From Eledone cirrhosa (Eukaryota): DNA of 64,000 bases. Under the pieces are notes generated by a model, which was not told the DNA's origin, did not search any database, and was given only the letters and a program-made list of their open reading frames with translations. The stretch is from positions 134,664,001 through 134,728,000 of the forward strand of contig OZ024744.1 in the NCBI GenBank assembly GCA_964016885.1, given 5' to 3'. The stretch's first letter is position 1. Each line of letters opens with the position of its first letter. Below are positions 1-12,310 of the stretch, piece after piece. The position numbers and the translations under genes were made by a program.

Positions 1-891
1 GTTAAGTTAAGTTGGGGATAAGTTAAGTTGGGGATAATTTAAGTTGGGGTTAAGTTAAGTTGGGGTTAAGTTAAGTTGGGGTTAAGTTAAGTTGGGGATA
101 AGTTAAGTTGGTGTTAAGTTAAGTTGGGGTTAAGTTAAGTTGGGGTTAAGTTAAGTTGGGGCTAAGTTAAGTTGGGGCTGAGTTAAGTTGGGGTTAAGTT
201 AAGTTGGGGTTAAGTTAAGTTGGGATTAATTTAAGTTGGGGTTTATTTGAGTTGGGGTTAAGTTAAGTTGGGGTTCAGTTAAGTTGGGGTTAAGTTAAGT
301 TGGGGTTAAGATGGGGTTAAATTAAGTTGGGGTTAAGTTAAGTTGGGGTTAAGTTAAGTTGGGGTTAAGTTAAGTTGGGGTTAAGTTAAGTCGGGGTTAA
401 GTTAAGTCGGGGTTAAATTAAGTTAGGGTTCAGTTAAGTTGGGGTTAAGTTAAGTTGGGGTCGAGTTAAGTTGGGGTTGAGTTAAATTGGGGTTGAGTTA
501 AGTTGGGGTTGAGTTAAGTTGGTGTTGAGTTAAGTTGGGGTTAAGTTAAGTTGGGATTAAGTTAAGTTGCAGTTAAGTTAAGTTGAGGTTAAGTTAAGGT
601 GCGGTTAAGTTAAGTTGGGGTTAAGTTAAGTTGGGGCTAAGTTAAGTTGGGGCTAAGTTAAGTTGGGGCTAAGTTAAGTTGGGGTTAAGTTACGTTGGGG
701 TTAAGTTAAGTCGGGGTTAAGTTAAGTTGGGGTTAAGTTAAGTTGGGGTTAATTTAAGTTGGGTTTAAGTTAAGTTGGGGTCAAGTTAAGTTGGGGTTAA
801 GTTAAGTTGGTTAGTTAAGTTGAGTTTAAGTTAAGTTGGGGTTAATTTAAGTTGGGGTTAAGTTAAGTTGGGGTTAAGTTAAGTTGGGGTT

Positions 892-1091
892 AACCCCAAC
901 TTAAGTTAACCGTAACTTAACTTAATACCAACTTCACTCAACCCCAACGTAACTCAACCCCAACTTAACTTAACCCCAACTTCACTCAACCCCAACTTAA
1001 CTTAACCCCAACTTCACTCAATCCCAACTTAAGTCAACCCCAACTTAACTTAACCCCAACTTGACTTAACCCCAACTTAACTTAAGCCCAA
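892..1091 (-). repeat. Inverted monomer block 1 (type A, 200 bp, one monomer shorter than standard)
   Basis: AACCCCAACTTAACTT units between GGGGTT|AACCCC and GCCCAAAGTCGGGG. It lacks the TTAGCCCC monomer. Confidence 0.95.
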
Positions 1092-4000
1092 AGTCGGGGT
1101 TAAGTTAAGTTGGCGTTAAGTTAAGTTAGGCTTAACTTAAGTTGGGGGTAAGTTAAGTTGGGGGTAAGTTAAGTTGGGGTTAAGTGAAGTTGCGGTTAAG
1201 TTGGGGTTAAGTTAAGTTAGGGTTAAGTTAAGTTGGCGTTCAGTTAAGTTGGGGTTAATTAAGTGGTGGTTATGTTAAGTTGGGGTTAATTTAAATTGGG
1301 GTGAAGTTAACTTTGTGGTTAAGTTAAGTTGGGGTTAAGTTAAGTTGGGGTTAAGTTGGGGTTGAGTTAAGTTGGGGTTGAGTGAAGTTGGGGTTAAGTT
1401 AAGTTGGGGTAAAGTTAAGTTGGGGTTAAGTTAAGTCGGGGTTAAGTTAAGTTGTGGTTGAGTTAAGTTGGGGTTAATTTAAGTTGGGGCTAAGTTAATT
1501 TGTGGTTAAGTTAAGTTGGGGTTAAGTTAAGTTGGGGTTAAGTTAAGTTGGGGTTAAGTTAAGTTGCAGTTAAGTTAAGTTGAGGTTAAGTTAAGTTGGG
1601 GTTAAGTTAAGTTGGGGTTAAGTTAAGTTGGGGTTCAGTTAAGTTGGGGTTAAGTTAAGTTGGGGTTAAGATGGGGTTAAATTAAGTTGGGGTTAAGTTA
1701 AGTTGGGGTTAAGTTAAGTTGGGGTTAAGTTAAGTTGGGGTTAATTTAAGTCGGGGTTAAGTTAAGTCGGGGTTAAGTTAAGTTAGGGTTCAGTTAAGTT
1801 GGGGTTAAGTTAAGTTGGGGTTGAGTTAAGTTGGGGTTGAGTTAAATTGGGGTTGAGTTAAGTTGGGGTTGAGTTAAGTTGGTGTTGAGTTAAGTTGGGG
1901 TTAAGTTAAGTTGGGGTTAAGTTAAGTTGGGGATAAGTTAAGTTGGGGATAATTTAAGTTGGGGTTAATTTAAGTTGGGTTTAAGTTAAGTTGGGGTTAA
2001 GTTAAGTTGGGGATAAGTTAAGTTGGGGTTAAGTTAAGTTGGGGTTAAGTTAAGTTGGGGTTAAGTTAAGTTGGGGCTAAGTTAAGTTGGGGCTGAGTTA
2101 AGTTGGGGTTAAGTTAAGTTGGGGTTAAGTTAAGTTGGGGTTAATTTAAGTTGGGGTTTATTTAAGTTGGGGTTAAGTTAAGTTGGGGTTCAGTTAAGTT
2201 GGGGTTAAGTTAAGTTGGGGTTAAGATGGGGTTAAATTAAGTTGGGGTTAAGTTAAGTTTGAGTTTAAGTTAAGTTGGGGTTAAGTTAAGTTGGGGTTAA
2301 GTTAAGTTGGGGTTAAGTTAAGTTGGTTAGTTAAGTTGAGTTTAAGTTAAGTTGGGGTTAATTTAAGTTGGGGTTAAGTTAAGCTGGGGTTAAGTTAAGT
2401 TGGGGTTAAGTTAAGTTGGGGTTAATTTAAGTTGGGGTTAATTTAAGTCGGGGTTAAGTTAAGTTGTGGTTGAGTTAAGTTGGGGTTAATTTAAGTTGGG
2501 GCTAAGTTAATTTGTGGTTAAGTTAAGTTGGGGTTAAGTTAAGTTGGGGTTAAGTTAAGTTGGGGTTGAGTTAAGTTGGGGTTGAGTTAATTTGGGGTTA
2601 AGTTAAGTTGGGATTAAGTTAAGTTGGGTTTAAGTTAAGTTGGGGTTAAATTAAGTTGGGGTTAAATTAAGTTGGGGTTAAGTGAAGTTGGGGGTAAGTT
2701 AAGTTGGGGGCAAGTTAAGTTGGGGTTAATTTAAGTTGGGGTTAAATTAAGTTGGGGTTACGTTAAGTTGGTGTTAAGTTAAGTTGGGGTTAATTTAAGT
2801 TGGGGTTGAGTTAAGTTGGGGTTCAGTTAAGTTGGGGATAAGTTAAGTTGGGGTTAAGTTAAGTTGGGGTTAATTAAGTTGGGGTTAAGTTAAGTTGGGG
2901 TTAATTTAAGTTGGGGCTAAGTTAAGTTGGGGCTGAGTTAAGTTGGGGCTGAGTTAAGTTGGGGTTAAGTTAAGTTGGGGTTGAGTTAAGTTGGGGTTAA
3001 GTTAAGTTGGGGTCAAGTTAAGTTGGGGTTAAGTTGGGGTTAAGTTAAGTTAGGTTTAAGTTAAGTTGGGGTTAAGTTAAGTTGGTGTTAAGTTAAGTTG
3101 GGGTTAAGTTAAGTTGGGGTTAAGTTAAGTTGGGGTTAAGTTAATTTGTGGTTTAGTTAAGTTGGGGTTAAGTTAAGTTGGGGTTAAGTTAAGTTGGGGT
3201 TCCGTTAAGTCGGGGTTAAGTTAAGTTTGGGTTAAGTTAAGTTGGAGTTAAGTTAAGTTGGGGTTAAGTTAAGTTGGGGTTAAATTAAGTTGGGGTTAAG
3301 TTAAGTTGGGGTTAAGTTAAGTTGAGGTTAAGTTAAGTTGGGGTTAAATTAAGTTGGGGTTAAGTTAAGTTGGGGTTAAGTTAAGTTGGGGTTAAGTTAA
3401 GTTGGGGATAAGTTAAGTTGGGGATAATTTAAGTTGGGGTTAAGTTAAGTTGGGGTTAAGTTAAGTTGGGGTTAAGTTAAGTTGGGGATAAGTTAAGTTG
3501 GGGTTAAGTTAAGTTGGGGTTAAGTTAAGTTGGGGTTAAGTTAAGTTGGGGCTAAGTTAAGTTGGGGCTGAGTTAAGTTGGGGTTAAGTTAAGTTGGGGT
3601 TAAGTTAAGTTGGGGTTAATTTAAGTTGGGGTTTATTTAAGTTGGGGTTAAGTTAAGTTGGGGTTCAGTTAAGTTGGGGTTAAGTTAAGTTGGGGTTAAG
3701 ATGGGGTTAAATTAAGTTGGGGTTAAGTTAAGTTGGGGTTAAGTTAAGTTGGGGTTAAGTTAAGTTGGGGTTAAGTTAAGTCGGGGTTAAGTTAAGTCGG
3801 GGTTAAGTTAAGTTAGGGTTCAGTTAAGTTGGGGTTAAGTTAAGTTGGGGTTGAGTTAAGTTGGGGTTGAGTTAAATTGGGGTTGAGTTAAGTTGGGGTT
3901 GAGTTAAGTTGGTGTTGAGTTAAGTTGGGGTTAAGTTAAGTTGGGGTTAAGTTAAGTTGCAGTTAAGTTAAGTTGAGGTTAAGTTAAGGTGCGGTTGAGT

Positions 4001-4356
4001 TAAGTTGGGGTTAAGTTAAGTTGGGGCTAAGTTAAGTTGGGGCTAAGTTAAGTTGGGGCTAAGTTAAGTTGGGGTTAAGTTACGTTGGGGTTAAGTTAAG
4101 TCGGGGTTAAGTTAAGTTGGGGTTAAGTTAAGTTGGGGTTAATTTAAGTTGGGGTTAAGTTAAGTTGGGGTTAAGTTAAGTTGGGGTTAAGTTAAGTTGG
4201 GGTTAAGTTGGGTTTAAGTTAAGTTGGGTTTAAGTTAAGTTGGGGTCAAGTTAAGTTGGGGTTAAGTTAAGTTGGTTAGTTAAGTTGAGTTTAAGTTAAG
4301 TTGGGGTTAATTTAAGTTGGGGTTAAGTTAAGTTGGGGTTAAGTTAAGTTGGGGTT

Positions 4357-4572
4357 AACCCCAACTTAAGTTAACCCTAACTTAACTTAATACCAACTTC
4401 ACTCAACCCCAACGTAACTCAACCCCAACTTAACTTAACCCCAACTTCACTCAACCCCAACTTAACTTAACCCCAACTTCACTCAATCCCAACTTAAGTC
4501 AACCCCAACTTAACTTAACCCCAACTTGACTTAACCCCAACTTAACTTAGCCCCAACTTAACTTAAGCCCAA
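4357..4572 (-). repeat. Inverted block 2 (type A, 216 bp)
   Basis: Same junctions, with type-A marks CTTAAGTTAACC, TAATACCAAC and TCAATCCC. Confidence 0.95.
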
Positions 4573-7500
4573 AGTCGGGGTTAAGTTAAGTTGGCGTTAA
4601 GTTAAGTTAGGCTTAACTTAAGTTGGGGGTAAGTTAAGTTGGGGGTAAGTTAAGTTGGGGTTAAGTTAAGTTGCGGTTAAGTTGGGGTTAAGTTAAGTTA
4701 GGGTTAAGTTAAGTTGGCGTTCAGTTAAGTTGGGGTTAATTAAGTGGTGGTTATGTTAAGTTGGGGTTAAGTTAAGTTGGGGTTAAGTTAAGTTGGGGTT
4801 GAGTTAAGTTGGGGTTGAGTTAATTTGGGGTTAAGTTAAGTTGGGATTAAGTTAAGTTGGGTTTAAGTTAAGTTGGGGTTAAATTAAGTTGGGGTTAAAT
4901 TAAGTTGGGGTTAAGTGAAGTTGGGGGTAAGTTAAGTTGGGGGCAAGTTAAGTTGGGGTTAATTTAAGTTGGGGTTAAATTAAGTTGGGGTTACGTTAAG
5001 TTGGTGTTAAGTTAAGTTGGGGTTAATTTAAGTTGGGGTTGAGTTAAGTTGGGGTTCAGTTAAGTTGGGGATAAGTTAAGTTGGGGTTAAGTTAAGTTGG
5101 GGTTAATTAAGTTGGGGTTAAGTTAAGTTGGGGTTAATTTAAGTTGGGGCTAAGTTAAGTTGGGGCTGAGTTAAGTTGGGGCTGAGTTAAGTTGGGGTTA
5201 AGTTAAGTTGGGGTTGAGTTAAGTTGGGGTTAAGTTAAGTTGGGGTCAAGTTAAGTTGGGGTTAAGTTGGGGTTAAGTTAAGTTAGGTTTAAGTTAAGTT
5301 GGGGTTAAGTTAAGTTGGGGTTAAGTTAAGTTGGGGTTAAGTTAAGTTGGGGTTAAGTTAAGTTGGGGTTAAGTTAATTTGTGGTTTAGTTAAGTTGGGG
5401 TTAGTTAAGTTGGGGTTAAGTTAAGTTGGGGTTAAGTTAAGTCGGGGTTAAGTTAAGTTTGGGTTAAGTTAAGTTGGAGTTAAGTTAAGTTGGGGTTAAG
5501 TTAAGTTGGGGTTAAATTAAGTTGGGGTTAAGTTAAGTTGGGGTTAAGTTAAGTTGAGGTTAAGTTAAGTTGGGGTTAAATTAAGTTGGGGTTAAGTTAA
5601 GTTGGGGTTAAGTTAAGTTGGGGTTAAGTTAAGTTGGGGATAAGTTAAGTTGGGGATAATTTAAGTTGGGGTTAAGTTAAGTTGGGGTTAAGTTAAGTTG
5701 GGGTTAAGTTAAGTTGGGGATAAGTTAAGTTGGCGTTAAGTTAAGTTGGGGTTAAGTTAAGTTGGGGTTAAGTTAAGTTGGGGCTAAGTTAAGTTGGGGC
5801 TGAGTTAAGTTGGGGTTAAGTTAAGTTGGGGTTAAGTTAAGTTGGGGTTAATTTAAGTTGGGGTTTATTTAAGTTGTGGTTAAGTTAAGTTGTGGTTCAG
5901 TTAAGTTGGGGTTAAGTTAAGTTGGGGTTAAGATGGGGTTAAATTAAGTTGGGGTTAAGTTAAGTTGGGGTTAAGTTAAGTTGGGGTTAAGTTAAGTTGG
6001 GGTTAAGTTAAGTCGGGGTTAAGTTAAGTTGGGGTTGAGTTAAGTTGGGGTTAAGTTAATTTGTGGTTAAGTTAAGTTGGGGTTAAGTTAAGTTGGGGTT
6101 GAGTTAAGTTGGGGCTGAGTTAATTTGGGGTTAAGTTAAGTTGGGGTTAAGTTGGGTTTAAGTTAAGTTGGGGTTAAATTAAGTTGGGGTTAAATTAAGT
6201 TGGGGTTAAGTGAAGTTGGGGGTAAGTTAAGTTGGGGGCAAGTTAAGTTGGGGTTAATTTAAGTTGGGGTTAAATTAAGTTGGGGTTACGTTAAGTTGGT
6301 GTTAAGTTAAGTTGGGGTTAATTTAAGTTGGGGTTGAGTTAAGTTGGGGTTCAGTTAAGTTGGGGATAAGTTAAGTTGGGGTTAAGTTAAGTTGGGGTTA
6401 ATTAAGTTGGGGTTAAGTTAAGTTAGGGTTAATTTAAGTTGGGGCTAAGTTAAGTTGGGGCTGAGTTAAGTTGGGGCTGAGTTAAGTTGGGGTTAAGTTA
6501 AGTTGGGGTTGAGTTAAGTTGGGGTTAAGTTAAGTTGGGGTCAAGTTAAGTTGGGGTTAAGTTGGGGTTAAGTTAAGTTAGGTTTAAGTTAAGTTGGGGT
6601 TAAGTTAAGTTGGGGTTAAGTTAAGTTGGGGTTAAGTTAAGTTGGGGTTAAGTTAAGTTGGGGTTAAGTTAATTTGTGGTTTAGTTAAGTTGGGGTTAAG
6701 TTAAGTTGGGGTTAAGTTAAGTTGGGGTTAAGTTAAGTCGGGGTTAAGTTAAGTTTGGGTTAAGTTAAGTTGGAGTTAAGTTAAGTTGGGGTTAAGTTAA
6801 GTTGGGGTTAAATTAAGTTGGGGTTAAGTTAAGTTGGGGTTAAGTTAAGTTGAGGTTAAGTTAAGTTGGGGTTAAATTAAGTTGGGGTTAATTTAAGTTG
6901 GGGTTAAGTTAAGTTGGGGTTAAGTTAAGTTGGGGATAAGTTAAGTTGGGGATAATTTAAGTTGGGGTTAAGTTAAGTTGGGGTTAAGTTAAGTTGGGGC
7001 TAAGTTAAGTTGGGGCTGAGTTAAGTTGGGGTTAAGTTAAGTTGGGGTTAAGTTAAGTTGGGGTTAATTTAAGTTGGGGTTTATTTAAGTTGGGGTTAAG
7101 TTAAGTTGGGGTTCAGTTAAGTTGGGGTTAAGTTAAGTTGGGGTTAAGATGGGGTTAAATTAAGTTGGGGTTAAGTTAAGTTGGGGTTAAGTTAAGTTGG
7201 GGTTAAGTTAAGTTGGGGTTAAGTTAAGTCGGGGTTAAGTTAAGTCGGGGTTAAGTTAAGTTAGGGTTCAGTTAAGTTGGGGTTAAGTTAAGTTGGGGTT
7301 GAGTTAAGTTGGGGTTGAGTTAAATTGGGGTTGAGTTAAGTTGGGGTTGAGTTAAGTTGGTGTTGAATTAAGTTGGGGTTAAGTTAAGTTGGGGTTAAGT
7401 TAAGTTGCAGTTAAGTTAAGTTGAGGTTAAGTTAAGGTGCGGTTAAGTTAAGTTGGGGTTAAGTTAAGTTGGGGCTAAGTTAAGTTGGGGCTAAGTTAAG

Positions 7501-7804
7501 TTGGGGCTAAGTTAAGTTGGGGTTAAGTTACGTTGGGGTTAAGTTAAGTCGGGGTTAAGTTAAGTTGGGGTTAAGTTAAGTTGGGGTTAATTTAAGTTGG
7601 GGTTAAGTTAAGTTGGGGTTAAGTTAAGTTGGGGTTAAGTTAAGTTGGGGTTAAGTTGGGTTTAAGTTAAGTTGGGTTTAAGTTAAGTTGGGGTCAAGTT
7701 AAGTTGGGGTTAAGTTAAGTTGGTTAGTTAAGTTGAGTTTAAGTTAAGTTGGGGTTAATTTAAGTTGGGGTTAAGTTAAGTTGGGGTTAAGTTAAGTTGG
7801 GGTT

Positions 7805-7972
7805 AACCCCAACTTAAGTTAACCCCAACTTAACTTAACCCCAACTTCACTCAACCCCAACTTAACTTAACCCCAACTTCACTCAATCCCAACTTAAGTC
7901 AACCCCAACTTAACTTAACCCCAACTTGACTTAACCCCAACTTAACTTAGCCCCAACTTAACTTAAGCCCAA
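7805..7972 (-). repeat. Inverted block 3 (type A, 168 bp, three monomers deleted)
   Basis: Same junctions. It lacks the TAATACC and CGTAACTC monomers. Confidence 0.95.
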
Positions 7973-9861
7973 AGTCGGGGTTAAGTTAAGTTGGCGTTAA
8001 GTTAAGTTAGGCTTAAATTAAGTTGGGGGTAAGTTAAGTTGGGGGTAAGTTAAGTTGGGGTTAAGTTAAGTTGCGGTTAAGTTGGGGTTAAGTTAAGTTA
8101 GGGTTAAGTTAAGTTGGCGTTCAGTTAAGTTGGGGTTAATTAAGTGGTGGTTATGTTAAGTTGGGGTTAAGTTAAGTTGGGGTTAAGTTAAGTTGGGGTT
8201 GAGTTAAGTTGGGGTTGAGTTAATTTGGGGTTAAGTTAAGTTGGGATTAAGTTAAGTTGGGTTTAAGTTAAGTTGGGGTTAAATTAAGTTGGGGTTAAAT
8301 TAAGTTGGGGTTAAGTGAAGTTGGGGGTAAGTTAAGTTGGGGGCAAGTTAAGTTGGGGTTAATTTAAGTTGGGGTTAAATTAAGTTGGGGTTACGTTAAG
8401 TTGGTGTTAAGTTAAGTTGGGGTTAATTTAAGTTGGGGTTGAGTTAAGTTGGGGTTCAGTTAAGTTGGGGATAAGTTAAGTTGGGGTTAAGTTAAGTTGG
8501 GGTTAATTAAGTTGGGGTTAAGTTAAGTTGGGGTTAATTTAAGTTGGGGCTAAGTTAAGTTGGGGCTGAGTTAAGTTGGGGCTGAGTTAAGTTGGGGTTA
8601 AGTTAAGTTGGGGTTGAGTTAAGTTGGGGTTAAGTTAAGTTGGGGTCAAGTTAAGTTGGGGTTAAGTTGGGGTTAAGTTAAGTTAGGTTTAAGTTAAGTT
8701 GGGGTTAAGTTAAGTTGGGGTTAAGTTAAGTTGGGGTTAAGTTAAGTTGGGGTTAAGTTAAGTTGGGGTTAAGTTAATTTGTGGTTTAGTTAAGTTGGGG
8801 TTAAGTTAAGTTGGGGTTAAGTTAAGTTGGGGTTAAGTTAAGTCGGGGTTAAGTTAAGTTTGGGTTAAGTTAAGTTGGAGTTAAGTTAAGTTGGGGTTAA
8901 GTTAAGTTGGGGTTAAATTAAGTTGGGGTTAAGTTAAGTTGGGGTTAAGTTAAGTTGAGGTTAAGTTAAGTTGGGGTTAAATTAAGTTGGGGTTAAGTTA
9001 AGTTGGGGTTAAGTTAAGTTGGGGTTAAGTTAAGTTGGGGATAAGTTAAGTTGGGGATAATTTAAGTTGGGGTTAAGTTAAGTTGGGGTTAAGTTAAGTT
9101 GGGGTTAAGTTAAGTTGGGGATAAGTTAAGTTGGGGTTAAGTTAAGTTGGGGTTAAGTTAAGTTGGGGTTAAGTTAAGTTGGGGCTAAGTTAAGTTGGGG
9201 CTGAGTTAAGTTGGGGTTAAGTTAAGTTGGGGTTAAGTTAAGTTGGGGTTAATTTAAGTTGGGGTTTATTTAAGTTGGGGTTAAGTTAAGTTGGGGTTCA
9301 GTTAAGTTGGGGTTAAGTTAAGTTGGGGTTAAGATGGGGTTAAATTAAGTTGGGGTTAAGTTAAGTTGGGGTTAAGTTAAGTTGGGGTTAAGTTAAGTTG
9401 GGGTTAAGTTAAGTCGGGGTTAAGTTAAGTCGGGGTTAAGTTAAGTTAGGGTTCAGTTAAGTTGGGGTTAAGTTAAGTTGGGGTTGAGTTAAGTTGGGGT
9501 TGAGTTAAATTGGGGTTGAGTTAAGTTGGGGTTGAGTTAAGTTGGTGTTGAGTTAAGTTGGGGTTAAGTTAAGTTGGGGTTAAGTTAAGTTGCAGTTAAG
9601 TTAAGTTGAGGTTAAGTTAAGGTGCGGTTAAGTTAAGTTGGGGTTAAGTTAAGTTGGGGCTAAGTTAAGTTGGGGCTAAGTTAAGTTGGGGTTAAGTTAA
9701 GTTGGGGTTAAGTTGGGTTTAAGTTAAGTTGGGTTTAAGTTAAGTTGGGGTCAAGTTAAGTTGGGGTTAAGTTAAGTTGGTTAGTTAAGTTGAGTTTAAG
9801 TTAAGTTGGGGTTAATTTAAGTTGGGGTTAAGTTAAGTTGGGGTTAAGTTAAGTTGGGGTT

Positions 9862-10077
9862 AACCCCAACTTAAGTTAACCCTAACTTAACTTAATACCA
9901 ACTTCACTCAACCCCAACGTAACTCAACCCCAACTTAACTTAACCCCAACTTCACTCAACCCCAACTTAACTTAACCCCAACTTCACTCAATCCCAACTT
10001 AAGTCAACCCCAACTTAACTTAACCCCAACTTGACTTAACCCCAACTTAACTTAGCCCCAACTTAACTTAAGCCCAA
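9862..10077 (-). repeat. Inverted block 4 (type A, 216 bp)
   Basis: Same junctions and marks as block 2. Confidence 0.95.
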
Positions 10078-12094
10078 AGTCGGGGTTAAGTTAAGTTGGC
10101 GTTAAGTTAAGTTAGGCTTAACTTAAGTTGGGGGTAAGTTAAGTTGGGGGTAAGTTAAGTTGGGGTTAAGTTAAGTTGCGGTTAAGTTGGGGTTAAGTTA
10201 AGTTAGGGTTAAGTTAAGTTGGCGTTCAGTTAAGTTGGGGTTAATTAAGTGGTGGTTATGTTAAGTTGGGGTTAAGTTAAGTTGGGGTTAAGTTAAGTTG
10301 GGGTTGAGTTAAGTTGGGGTTGAGTTAATTTGGGGTTAAGTTAAGTTGGGATTAAGTTAAGTTGGGTTTAAGTTAAGTTGGGGTTAAATTAAGTTGGGGT
10401 TAAATTAAGTTGGGGTTAAGTGAAGTTGGGGGTAAGTTAAGTTGGGGGCAAGTTAAGTTGGGGTTAATTTAAGTTGGGGTTAAATTAAGTTGGGGTTACG
10501 TTAAGTTGGTGTTAAGTTAAGTTGGGGTTAATTTAAGTTGGGGTTGAGTTAAGTTGGGGTTCAGTTAAGTTGGGGATAAGTTAAGTTGGGGTTAAGTTAA
10601 GTTGGGGTTAATTAAGTTGGGGTTAAGTTAAGTTGGGGTTAATTTAAGTTGGGGCTAAGTTAAGTTGGGGCTGAGTTAAGTTGGGGCTGAGTTAAGTTGG
10701 GGTTAAGTTAAGTTGGGGTTGAGTTAAGTTGGGGTTAAGTTAAGTTGGGGTCAAGTTAAGTTGGGGTTAAGTTGGGGTTAAGTTAAGTTAGGTTTAAGTT
10801 AAGTTGGGGTTAAGTTAAGTTGGGGTTAAGTTAAGTTGGGGTTAAGTTAAGTTGGGGTTAAGTTAAGTTGGGGTTAAGTTAATTTGTGGTTTAGTTAAGT
10901 TGGGGTTAAGTTAAGTTGGGGTTAAGTTAAGTTGGGGTTAAGTTAAGTCGGGGTTAAGTTAAGTTTGGGTTAATTTAAGTTGGAGTTAAGTTAAGTTGGG
11001 GTTAAGTTAAGTTGGGGTTAAATTAAGTTGGGGTTAAGTTAAGTTGGGGTTAAGTTAAGTTGAGGTTAAGTTAAGTTGGGGTTAAATTAAGTTGGGGTTA
11101 AGTTAAGTTGGGGTTAAGTTAAGTTGGGGTTAAGTTAAGTTGGGGATAAGTTAAGTTGGGGATAATTTAAGTTGGGGTTAAGTTAAGTTGGGGTTAAGTT
11201 AAGTTGGGGTTAAGTTAAGTTGGGGATAAGTTAAGTTGGGGTTAAGTTAAGTTGGGGTTAAGTTAAGTTGGGGTTAAGTTAAGTTGGGGCTAAGTTAAGT
11301 TGGGGCTGAGTTAAGTTGGGGTTAAGTTAAGTTGGGGTTAAGTTAAGTTGGGGTTAATTTAAGTTGGGGTTTATTTAAGTTGGGGTTAAGTTAAGTTGGG
11401 GTTCAGTTAAGTTGGGGTTAAGTTAAGTTGGGGTTAAGATGGGGTTAAATTAAGTTGGGGTTAAGTTAAGTTGGGGTTAAGTTAAGTTGGGGTTAAGTTA
11501 AGTTGGGGTTAAGTTAAGTCGGGGTTAAGTTAAGTCGGGGTTAAGTTAAGTTAGGGTTCAGTTAAGTTGGGGTTAAGTTAAGTTGGGGTTGAGTTAAGTT
11601 GGGGTTGAGTTAAATTGGGGTTGAGTTAAGTTGGGGTTGAGTTAAGTTGGTGTTGAGTTAAGTTGGGGTTAAGTTAAGTTGGGGTTAAGTTAAGTTGCAG
11701 TTAAGTTAAGTTGAGGTTAAGTTAAGGTGCGGTTAAGTTAAGTTGGGGTTAAGTTAAGTTGGGGCTAAGTTAAGTTGGGGCTAAGTTAAGTTGGGGCTAA
11801 GTTAAGTTGGGGTTAAGTTACGTTGGGGTTAAGTTAAGTCGGGGTTAAGTTAAGTTGGGGTTAAGTTAAGTTGGGGTTAATTTAAGTTGGGGTTAAGTTA
11901 AGTTGGGGTTAAGTTAAGTTGGGGTTAAGTTAAGTTGGGGTTAAGTTGGGTTTAAGTTAAGTTGGGTTTAAGTTAAGTTGGGGTCAAGTTAAGTTGGGGT
12001 TAAGTTAAGTTGGTTAGTTAAGTTGAGTTTAAGTTAAGTTGGGGTTAATTTAAGTTGGGGTTAAGTTAAGTTGGGGTTAAGTTAAGTTGGGGTT

Positions 12095-12310
12095 AACCCC
12101 AACTTAAGTTAACCCTAACTTAACTTAATACCAACTTCACTCAACCCCAACGTAACTCAACCCCAACTTAACTTAACCCCAACTTCACTCAACCCCAACT
12201 TAACTTAACCCCAACTTCACTCAATCCCAACTTAAGTCAACCCCAACTTAACTTAACCCCAACTTGACTTAACCCCAACTTATCTTAGCCCCAACTTAAC
12301 TTAAGCCCAA
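12095..12310 (-). repeat. Inverted block 5 (type A, 216 bp)
   Basis: Same junctions, with a private TATCTTAG variant. Confidence 0.95.

Larger units (their letters stand above)
7805..12310 (+). repeat. About 2.2-kb higher-order repeat, roughly two tandem copies bounded by type-A inversions
   Basis: Inversion spacings are 2057 and 2233 bp, a difference of 176 bp (11 monomers). Variant order is the same in both copies: GGGATT, GGGGGCAAG, TTACG, TAGGTTT, GGAGTT, GATAATT, AAGATGGGG, TGCAG, GGTGCGG. Confidence 0.85.

Noticed and set aside
892-1091. Inverted blocks as fold-back sequencing or MDA chimeras
   Set aside because: The blocks are not mirror copies of their flanks: they lack the upstream TTGGTTAG marker and carry private variants. 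They recur with the same junctions and heritable subtypes 29 times.
4357-4572. 216-bp block length as a nucleosome-sized unit
   Set aside because: The shared length follows from common ancestry, and 88-bp and 168-bp versions exist, with the 88-bp form amplified to five copies.
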